A stretch of DNA of 32,000 nucleotides, taken from the NCBI RefSeq assembly GCF_000039765.1, contig NC_004459.3, positions 390,001 to 422,000 on the forward strand, read 5' to 3'. The notes beneath the pieces were generated by a model. It was given only the letters and a program-made list of their open reading frames with translations. It searched no databases and was not told the origin of the DNA. Below, one piece after another: positions 1 through 6,406 of this stretch (its first letter is position 1; the number at the start of each line of letters is the position of its first letter). Source of the stretch: Vibrio vulnificus CMCP6. Its GTDB lineage: Bacteria > Pseudomonadota > Gammaproteobacteria > Enterobacterales > Vibrionaceae. The position numbers and the translations under genes were made by a program.

Positions 1-137
1 ACTTTACCCTCTCAGCATAAGTGAATTATTTTCACTTTACAAGTTACAATCTTATAAATTAACTATTTTTATTAATATAGAAATTAAAGGTTAGTTGATT
101 ATTATTTTATTATACATGAGTAGCTGGTTTTTATTTT

Positions 138-295
138 ATGCAAAATGCTTCGCATGTTTGCTTGCTCTATCGGTTGTTTACTTGTTACTTGTTTTTTTAT
201 TCACACTAACCTATGGACTATGTAGTGTTGATTTATATATAAAATAAGTAAAACATAGTCCACACCTCAAACCTTATCTAGCAAGGCTTTAAGGC
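138..295. repeat. Copy A of a ~157 bp direct repeat with an internal conserved hairpin (arms 214-223 / 253-262, 29-nt AT-rich loop)
   Basis: Aligns by eye with 645-801. The 3' ~100 bp has about 9 mismatches and the 5' half is more diverged. Weaker similarity extends about 30 bp upstream (tagc(t)ggtttt). Confidence 0.85.
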
Positions 296-644
296 AGATT
301 CACTTTCAAAATCACCAAAGGGAAATTTTTTTTAAAAACAAGGAGCATAACCACTCTTTAAAGTCGATTGAAAATTCAAAGGTTATATCAGGGGGAGCTA
401 ATGAGGATGCGAGTTTGGAGTGTGGTTATAAAAACCCTCATAACTATCACCCCCAGAAATATTTTTCTTCATTATATTTCCTAGCAACGCTATGAATGAC
501 GGTGGTTCAATTTTCGGTTAACTATAATCATAAGGAGCTAGATTATAAATATTAGCGTCATAAATAAGTTCACCAAAAGGATCGGGTATAATAAAACCAT
601 TTTTAAATATTATATTTATCTTTAGCGGTTTTGATTATATTTAA

Positions 645-801
645 ATGCAAAATTCTTCGCATGTTTGCTTATTCTATCTGTTCTTACCTTCTGGATGCTT
701 TTTTATTCACACTAAACTATGGACTATGTAATGTTGATTTATATATAAAATAAGTAAAACATAGTCCATGCCTAAGCCCTTATCTAGCAAGGCTTCAAAG
801 C
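645..801. repeat. Copy B of the ~157 bp direct repeat (hairpin arms 719-729 / 759-769)
   Basis: Same order of sub-motifs as copy A: atgcaaaat.cttcgcatgtttgc, ttttttattcacactaa, tggactatgt..acatagtcca, ccttatctagcaaggc. Confidence 0.85.
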
Positions 802-1065
802 GAGTTAGAACTTAAAAATGGATAAAAGCTAGCCTCTAAACTTATGGCAATTAAATATTCAAAAATGATGCATAAAAAACAAAGAGGCAGACAAGCTAGG
901 AAAGTTAACTGCAAAGCAGTTAACACTTCTGTTCCTTAACTCTCTCCACCTAATCGAACTAGGAAGAACTACTTCCTGGTTGAAAGAGCGCACAAAATCA
1001 CAGGCAGGGGTATGCGCAAGTAGAATGGGTATAATACTAACCCCTCTTAATCACACCGATGGTTC

Positions 1066-1341
1066 ATGATGAGACAAGTCAAGAAGCAGAGCGAGAAGCT
1101 CGGTCGCACAAGTCGAGCAAAAATGCTTCGTCTTGCTGATGTAGTTAGAACGGTAAGAATTCGACTTGAAGAAGTTAAAGACAAGCAATTAGACAAGTTA
1201 GATCGTTTATCAGATCATTTGCTAGATCGTGTTAAAATCACAAGCCCTAGCAATCTTGAGATTCAGATCTCGGTTCAGTTCCCCATTACACAGTTGAATC
1301 GGAAAAAAACAATGTGGGGAACATCAAAAAAATGCAATTAA
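1066..1341 (+). CDS. Hypothetical 91-aa charged, possibly coiled-coil protein. It may be a gene fragment.
   Basis: Only an ORF of this length in the AT-rich region. There is a weak SD and a possible TATAAT at 1030-1035. I recognised no family motif. Confidence 0.25.
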   Translation: MMRQVKKQSEKLGRTSRAKMLRLADVVRTVRIRLEEVKDKQLDKLDRLSDHLLDRVKITSPSNLEIQISVQFPITQLNRKKTMWGTSKKCN

Positions 1342-1441
1342 ATCATCTCTTTTGACTACTGTTCCCCAATTTGTTCCCCAGCTCACTCACTTGCAAATAA
1401 ATACAAATAAAAACAACAACTTAAACACCTCATTCAGAGTA

Positions 1442-1455
1442 CGCCAGCTCCACCA
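1442..1455 (+). other. ssrA (tmRNA) 3'-terminal fragment cgccagctccacca, an att-type junction
   Basis: Identical to the last 14 nt of the enterobacterial/Vibrio tmRNA acceptor end (..CCCGCCAGCTCCACCA). The sequence upstream of it is unrelated to tmRNA. Confidence 0.7.
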
Positions 1456-1465
1456 AACGTTTGGA

Positions 1466-1499
1466 AAGGGCGATAACTCTTTGAGTTATCGCCCTTTTT
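1466..1499 (+). terminator. Rho-independent terminator (14-bp stem aagggcgataactc / gagttatcgccctt, then T5)
   Basis: Perfect 14-bp inverted repeat followed by ttttt, immediately after the ssrA 3' fragment. Confidence 0.85.
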
Positions 1500-1524
1500 G
1501 TATTCTGTCTCTCAATAACTGGCT

Positions 1525-1677
1525 ATGAGTACTAAAACAAGGTACTAAACGATGCACTACCTGAGCCTTTCAACATCTGGTAACTGGTACTTTCACGACC
1601 AAAATATCGTCACCTCTTTGTTCACCATACTGAAGTCAAACAGTCGCTACGTACCTAATCAAACATACCCTACGTAA
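1525..1677 (+). pseudogene. Possible N-terminal remnant of a tyrosine integrase (MSTKTRY*TMHYLSLSTSGNWYFHDQNIV...)
   Basis: One reading frame interrupted by TAA at codon 8. The pattern YL..S.SG.WYF resembles the N-terminus of one class of Vibrio-type phage integrases, recalled from memory. No catalytic domain is present. Confidence 0.3.
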
Positions 1678-1785
1678 GAGAAAGGAGACCGGCCTTGGAA
1701 TCATTGGCGATTTCAAGACCTACGTCAAAAATTAATAAATAGTTCCATCCATTCTGTTCATCAACAATTTGGGCTTACAGATTAC

Positions 1786-1801
1786 GAGTAATTATTTACT
1801 C
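1786..1801. promoter_or_regulatory. Operator O1: GAGTAA-TTAT-TTACTC
   Basis: Perfect 6-bp arms with a 4-bp spacer. One of three identical-arm palindromes. Confidence 0.7.
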
Positions 1802-1826
1802 ACAAAGAGTCTCGCCACATACTTAT

Positions 1827-1842
1827 GAGTAAATAGTTACTC
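1827..1842. promoter_or_regulatory. Operator O2: GAGTAA-ATAG-TTACTC (arms extend to 11 bp, 1822-1847)
   Basis: Perfect palindrome cttatgagtaa/ttactcataag, 41 bp from O1. Confidence 0.7.
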
Positions 1843-1847
1843 ATAAG

Positions 1848-1876
1848 TTGAAAGATAGGAACTTTAAGAGTAAAGT
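1848..1876 (+). promoter_or_regulatory. Putative sigma70 promoter of the hipA-like operon (TTGAAA-N17-TAAAGT)
   Basis: -35 at 1848-1853 and -10 at 1871-1876, which lies inside O3. SD AGAGG at 1894-1898 and ATG at 1907. Confidence 0.4.
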
Positions 1877-1883
1877 TTTACTC
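1868..1883. promoter_or_regulatory. Operator O3: GAGTAA-AGTT-TTACTC, overlapping the putative -10
   Basis: Perfect 6-bp arms, 41 bp from O2 and 24 bp upstream of the hipA-like ATG. Confidence 0.7.
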
Positions 1884-1906
1884 ATTGATAAGTAGAGGTG
1901 TTGTTG

Positions 1907-3268
1907 ATGGAAGAACTAACCGTACAAGCTTTTATCAGAAGTGAATGGATAGACATTGGTATCATCTCATTCCCAAAAAGTAGCCAACATAATTTCCGAG
2001 TGACTGAACTCAACTACCTCAGCGACTATGCGCTAGAACATCACGATAAAGATGACTTTCACGCTGTTTCACTAAACCACCCTGTCTCATTCTTTTTTAA
2101 TGACATGGGTAAACCTGGATGGTTAAAGTTTCTAGACGATATTATGCCTAGCGGCGCTAGTAGACGGTACTGGGTCAGATATCTAGATATTGAAGACCTT
2201 AGTTCTGATGAACAAGACTATGTTTTGCTCAAGTTTGGCACAATGTCGCCTGTTGGTAACTTAAGAATAAAAGACTCTCTTCCTGAGCGCTACGAAGTAG
2301 CAGACAACCTCTACTTCTCTGTTGATGATGTTAAAAATCGAGCAGGTGATTTCCTCGACTATGCACTGCAAAGGGGCGCAGCCGCGGGTGGTGCAACAGG
2401 GGCTGGAGGTGAAGCGCCAAAACTGATCCTCCGATGTGGTCTCGATCATGGATCTGGCAGCGAAAAAATATGGATTGATCCATACCAAGATGACAATAGC
2501 AACCACGACTTACATTACTTAGTAAAGTACCCTAGAGGCTCAAGAAGCACCATCGACTGTAATATTCTAAGAGCAGAGTTCTACTTCTACCACGAGCTAA
2601 CTGAAATGGGAGTTGAAACGATCTCCACCGACGGTATGCGCTTGGAGGAAGGATTAAACTACCCTTCCTTATGGCTTCCTCGATTTGATGTTCAAATTAA
2701 TGAGCAGCAAATCGAGAGATTTGGCATGGAATCTGTGTATTCCATTTTGAACAAAGGCGCTGGGGTCACTCTTGATCACGAAACAACAATCCGAACTCTC
2801 ATAGAAAAAATTACTGAAAGCAATATGGTTAAACACCAAGGGTATAGGTTTGATACCCAAGCTTTCGTCATTGAATGGGTGAAGAGAGATCTACTCAACA
2901 TCTTGTTTGGTAATAGTGATAACCATGGCAGAAACACTTCATTCTTAAAAGGTGATGGAGTCATAAAGCTTGCTCCCGTTTACGACTTCGCACCAATGAA
3001 AGCTGATCCTGAAGGCATTCCAAGAACAACAAAATGGAAAGCCCCATTAGAGGTTGGCGGAACTTACGACTTCATCGGAATAGCGGACACCTTATCTGAT
3101 CTCGTGCCAAAAGAGGTGTTATTACAAGAGCTAGAGATTACTGCAAGTAAATGCATTGACTTAAAGCAGAGACTAGCATTACGAGGAGTACCAGAACAAA
3201 TCTTAGAGATGCCAGCCGTTGGACTTAATCATATATCAGAAAAGCTCACTAAATGGGGGCTACTATGA
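1907..3268 (+). CDS. HipA-family serine/threonine kinase (type II toxin-like)
   Basis: Motifs: LKFLDDIMPSG..RRYW (HipA N-terminal coupling region), Gly-rich loop GGATGAGGEAPKLIL, catalytic loop GNSDNHGRNTSF, and PVYDFAP. ATG 1907 is preferred over GTG 1898 because AGAGG lies 8 nt upstream. Confidence 0.85.
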   Translation: MEELTVQAFIRSEWIDIGIISFPKSSQHNFRVTELNYLSDYALEHHDKDDFHAVSLNHPVSFFFNDMGKPGWLKFLDDIMPSGASRRYWVRYLDIEDLSSDEQDYVLLKFGTMSPVGNLRIKDSLPERYEVADNLYFSVDDVKNRAGDFLDYALQRGAAAGGATGAGGEAPKLILRCGLDHGSGSEKIWIDPYQDDNSNHDLHYLVKYPRGSRSTIDCNILRAEFYFYHELTEMGVETISTDGMRLEEGLNYPSLWLPRFDVQINEQQIERFGMESVYSILNKGAGVTLDHETTIRTLIEKITESNMVKHQGYRFDTQAFVIEWVKRDLLNILFGNSDNHGRNTSFLKGDGVIKLAPVYDFAPMKADPEGIPRTTKWKAPLEVGGTYDFIGIADTLSDLVPKEVLLQELEITASKCIDLKQRLALRGVPEQILEMPAVGLNHISEKLTKWGLL

Positions 3269-3735
3269 ATAAGCCAAGCAATAAAGAGTCCGTACAAGAT
3301 ACCGTTGCTCGTCTAAGAGCAAACCGAAATCAACATCAGCCCAAGACTGGGACGGATGCAACTCATTCGACCAAAGAACGATCGCAACTTAATACTCCGA
3401 CTAGATCGAAAACCTCAAAAAACGCCAAAGCAGTAAGTGCAGCAGAACGCAAAACAGAGGCAAACAAAATCATCAAACACTTATTGCTTGGAGAGCTAAC
3501 ACAAGGCCAAGCGTTAAAAAGTTTACGCATTAATATACTGGGACTCAAACAGGATGTGTTCGCAAGACTTGTAGATGTCTCAAGAAAAACACTCTCAGAT
3601 ATAGAGAATGATCGGGGCAGCTACAATACAGAGATTCTCAACAAGGTATTCAAGCCATTTGGCTTAAAAGTCGGAATGCTACCGTCTTCTCCCGATGTGT
3701 TAAAATCGCTACTAATAGATGGTGAGGCTGGGTAA
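3265..3735 (+). CDS. XRE/HipB-like HTH protein with a ~75-aa low-complexity N-terminal extension
   Basis: The C-terminus LTQGQALKSLRINILGLKQDVFARLVDVSRKTLSDIENDRGSYNTEILNKVFKPFGLKV is a Cro/C1-type HTH. ATG 3265 overlaps the kinase stop as ATGA (alternative ATG at 3253). Confidence 0.8.
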   Translation: MNKPSNKESVQDTVARLRANRNQHQPKTGTDATHSTKERSQLNTPTRSKTSKNAKAVSAAERKTEANKIIKHLLLGELTQGQALKSLRINILGLKQDVFARLVDVSRKTLSDIENDRGSYNTEILNKVFKPFGLKVGMLPSSPDVLKSLLIDGEAG

Positions 3736-3761
3736 ATGTCCTGTATCAGCTTTCTTGTTTT

Positions 3762-3793
3762 AGATTGAATTGTCATAAGAACTCAATCTTTTT
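3762..3793 (+). terminator. Putative terminator of the hipA-like/xre operon
   Basis: agattgaatt / aactcaatct stem (one mismatch) followed by ttttt, 27 nt after the xre stop. Confidence 0.55.
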
Positions 3794-3812
3794 AAATGAA
3801 TTAGAAATATGT

Positions 3813-3830
3813 GGACGCGGGTTCAATTCC
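3813..3830 (+). other. tmRNA T-arm fragment ggacgcgggttcaattcc
   Basis: Matches GGACGCGGGTTCAACTCC of the tmRNA 3' domain with one mismatch, then diverges. Confidence 0.6.
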
Positions 3831-3922
3831 TTTTGAAGCAGGAAATTGATGTAACATTTGATGCAGCACCAAATTGGCAACATCGATATAAGTTACTGAA
3901 TTTATGAAAAGTGAGAAACCAT

Positions 3923-4038
3923 TTCAACTCCCCAGCCCACCAAACGTTTGGAAAGGGCGATAACTCTTTGAGTTATCGCCCTTTTTGTATTTTATTTCTC
4001 AGTAACTTGGCTGTGAGTACTAAAACAAGGTACTAAAC
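3923..4038 (+). repeat. Direct repeat copy 2: degenerate ssrA 3' end (ttcaactccccagcccacca), terminator, and GTG-STKTRY* stub
   Basis: Aligns with 1442-1550. The tmRNA-derived part is longer on the 5' side but carries small deletions relative to TTCAACTCCCGCCAGCTCCACCA. Confidence 0.85.
3953..3986 (+). terminator. Second copy of the ssrA-type rho-independent terminator
   Basis: Same 14-bp stem and T5 as 1466-1499. Confidence 0.8.
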
Positions 4039-4116
4039 TAAATCAGGTTACTCGCCTTTCCGATATCGACGTCCTTGCGAACAACGCTATTTATTTGAGA
4101 GTAGTTCAGCAATATA

Positions 4117-4142
4117 AAGGCTAACTCAAAGAGTTAGCCTTT
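4117..4142 (-). terminator. Terminator downstream of the acyltransferase gene
   Basis: aaaggctaactc / gagttagccttt 12-bp stem with a small loop, flanked by A/T runs, 28 nt after the stop at 4170. Confidence 0.7.
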
Positions 4143-4169
4143 ATTAAGTCTCTTCTATTTTTGTAAACC

Positions 4170-5912
4170 TTATTGCTCAAGGTAGCGCTGGGCGGCTTCC
4201 TTGCCCATATATTTGGCTAACGTTTTCAGCGGGACTTGTTTCAAGTTCACCACGATCAAACCATCCAGCGCGTGGTTAAAGGCAGGGTCCACGTTAAAAC
4301 ACACCAGTTTCCCCTTCATGCCTAAATATTGGCGTAGCAATACTGGTAGGCCAGGGCCTTTTTCCAAACGCGAAATCACTTTAGATAACGCTGAAACACT
4401 GGCCAATGCCGAGAGCAGATTCTTGTGCCAAAAAGGTGATGTGCTTGTTTTTAATGGTGTGGTGGGAGTCACTAATCGCGCTTTTTCTTGATCGTAATGA
4501 TGAATCGAAAGCGTGGCCGCCATCAGTTGTCTAGCCACTGAACTGTAGTCATTACTGATGCTAACAGGGCCAAACAAATGAGTGTATTGAGGATGTTGCG
4601 ACACAAACGCAGCGATGCCTTTCCACAAAAGCAGCAAAGCATTCAAACTGCGCTGGTATTTGATGGCAACCACTGAGCGCCCCAATTCAATACTTTTATC
4701 CAGCGTATTGAGAAAGGCTTCGTCGTATTGAAACAAGCTTCGCGAATAGAGCCCATCAAGGCCTTTCTCTACGGTAAGTTCATCCACCAGCCCTAATCGA
4801 TAAGCCCCTACCAACTCGCCTTCACTGTGATTCCAAACAAACAATTGTCGATAACTGGCATCAAAGGGATCCAAATCGCACGCCAAGCCACTGCCCTCTC
4901 CCACTTCACGAAAACTTTCTTCTCGAACTCGGCCAATTTCCCTGAGCATATTAGGGATCGCTGTCGATTCCACACAGTAGACGGCGTAATCACCTTGCTC
5001 TAGCAGTAACGCGTTTGAAGGCAGAGCCGCCAGATCGCGTTCCAACAAAGCTTTCTCAACCGGTTGGATGAGCGGTTGCGTGTACACTGGTGAGCAAAAG
5101 GCAAACGGTGGTTCTCGCTCTGCGCCCATGAGATACGTATTGAGCCGTAAGTAATGGACAATATCTCGCTCATGTTCAAACTCTTTCACCTCGGAATAAG
5201 GAATGGGATTTCCGATCGAAATGGCAATCGTAGAAGTACTCTTGTTCAGCAACTCTCGACCAAGCAAAGCGGTGCGCAGCAGAGGGTGTACTTTTCCGGC
5301 TTTGTAAAAAAGCGCACTATTTTGGCCATTAATATAAATGGGGATTGTCGTGGCTTTGGCACGAGTGACAAACTTCGCCACCGATTGGCTCCATTCAATA
5401 TCGGATAGGGTTTCACTCTCCTCTCGATAGGTGGAAACTTCTCCGGCAGGAAAGACTATCAACACGCCTCCTTGCGCCAAATGACGATGAGCTTCTCGCA
5501 CTGCGTTGGCATTCGTACGCATTGCACTGCGCCCTGCAAAAACATCGATACCAATAAACAACTCATCAATTTCAGGCAAGCGCTTGAGCAGTTGATTGGC
5601 CAGCACCTTCACATCTGAACGTACTGCGCCGACCAAGTCAGCTAAGATCACACCTTCAATTGCCCCAAGCGGATGATTGGCCACGATCACAACCGGCCCT
5701 TGCTCAGGAATGTGCGTGACTAAGCCCTGTTCGACACGATAATCAATGTTCAACGCAGAGAGGGTATAGCGCATAAATTCAAAACTGCTTTGAGTGTTCG
5801 GACGAGCTTGATAAAAGCCATCAAGTTTTGCTAAACCCGTCATCCACTCAACCAGTGATTCTCCCAAGCCAAAAGGCGTATGTCTGGGTAAACGAAATGG
5901 ACTGGTTAACAT
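4170..5912 (-). CDS. Bifunctional acyltransferase, OlsF-like (N-terminal PlsC/LPLAT-type domain plus C-terminal OlsB/GNAT 'hemolysin-like' N-acyltransferase domain)
   Basis: N-terminal half: VIVANHPLGAIEG and VFPAGEVS (acyltransferase motifs I and III). C-terminal half: REESFREVGEGSGLACDLDPFDASYRQLFVW..GELVGAYRL (OlsB-type). SD GGAGAG precedes the ATG. Confidence 0.65.
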   Translation of the reverse strand: MLTSPFRLPRHTPFGLGESLVEWMTGLAKLDGFYQARPNTQSSFEFMRYTLSALNIDYRVEQGLVTHIPEQGPVVIVANHPLGAIEGVILADLVGAVRSDVKVLANQLLKRLPEIDELFIGIDVFAGRSAMRTNANAVREAHRHLAQGGVLIVFPAGEVSTYREESETLSDIEWSQSVAKFVTRAKATTIPIYINGQNSALFYKAGKVHPLLRTALLGRELLNKSTSTIAISIGNPIPYSEVKEFEHERDIVHYLRLNTYLMGAEREPPFAFCSPVYTQPLIQPVEKALLERDLAALPSNALLLEQGDYAVYCVESTAIPNMLREIGRVREESFREVGEGSGLACDLDPFDASYRQLFVWNHSEGELVGAYRLGLVDELTVEKGLDGLYSRSLFQYDEAFLNTLDKSIELGRSVVAIKYQRSLNALLLLWKGIAAFVSQHPQYTHLFGPVSISNDYSSVARQLMAATLSIHHYDQEKARLVTPTTPLKTSTSPFWHKNLLSALASVSALSKVISRLEKGPGLPVLLRQYLGMKGKLVCFNVDPAFNHALDGLIVVNLKQVPLKTLAKYMGKEAAQRYLEQ

Positions 5913-5954
5913 ACTTCTCTCTCCACGCGAGTTAAAACCAACATCAAACAGCTA

Positions 5955-6392
5955 TCACTTCAGCATCGCTGGCCAATTCGCATCGGCTTGTGTGATGTGT
6001 CGCTGCGGCGCTTCGTCCCACCATTGTTTAATTTTTTGGTCGTAATTGAGGTAAAGCTTGCCATCAACAATCGCCCAGTATTGTGGATCTCCCGGAGCAA
6101 AATCGCTCTTTTCGGAAACCGCCCAAGCGCAATAACCACCGTATTGAGGGGCGTATTTCTCTGGATTAGCGAGAAACAAATCAAGATGCGCTTGCGATGC
6201 AAACAGCCAATCTGCACCTTTGTATTGCGTTTTGAATTTGGCCTCTCCTTTCACTGGCTTGTTTTGTGTGAAGTAAGCAACGGTGTCATACCCATCTAAA
6301 GCCTTGTTGCTAAAAAAGCCCGTGTAGATTTCATCAGCGGCATAGCTCGTCGCGCTCACCAGCATCAATAAAACAGCAAACCATTTTTTCAT
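5955..6392 (-). CDS. Periplasmic YHS-domain protein
   Basis: Signal peptide MKKWFAVLLMLVSATSYA, then DGYDTVAYF...YGGYCAWAV...DGKLYLNY. Start moved to ATG 6392 because of the strong SD TAAGGAG. Confidence 0.75.
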   Translation of the reverse strand: MKKWFAVLLMLVSATSYAADEIYTGFFSNKALDGYDTVAYFTQNKPVKGEAKFKTQYKGADWLFASQAHLDLFLANPEKYAPQYGGYCAWAVSEKSDFAPGDPQYWAIVDGKLYLNYDQKIKQWWDEAPQRHITQADANWPAMLK

Positions 6393-6406
6393 TGTGAGCT
6401 CCTTAC

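Larger units (their letters stand above)
1..1441. mobile_element. AT-rich distal end of a genomic island presumed to be inserted at ssrA (intact ssrA and the island body would lie left of the window)
   Basis: Much more AT-rich by eye than the core genes to the right. It has almost no long ORFs and ends exactly at a 14-nt copy of the tmRNA 3' end (1442-1455). The island interpretation is inference. Confidence 0.4.
1442..1550 (+). repeat. Direct repeat copy 1: ssrA 3' end, terminator and the first codons of an integrase-like ORF
   Basis: Near-identical to 3933-4038 (ccaccaaacgtttggaaagggcgataactctttgagttatcgccctttttgtatt...gagtactaaaacaaggtactaaac), with a few substitutions and a 1-nt indel. 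Confidence 0.9.
1456..3942 (+). mobile_element. ~2.5 kb islet bracketed by ssrA-3'-end/terminator direct repeats, carrying the hipA-like/xre module
   Basis: Flanking direct repeats at 1442-1550 and 3923-4038, a decayed integrase-like start, AT-rich composition, and additional tmRNA T-arm fragments at its right end. Confidence 0.5.

Noticed and set aside
1-4150. Searched the accessory region for a CRISPR array, integron attC/VCR-type repeats, IS inverted repeats, and an intact tRNA or tmRNA
   Set aside because: There are no regularly spaced short repeats. The 157-bp repeats are not VCR-like and occur only twice, about 500 bp apart. No transposase ORF is present, and only 14-20 nt fragments of tmRNA occur.
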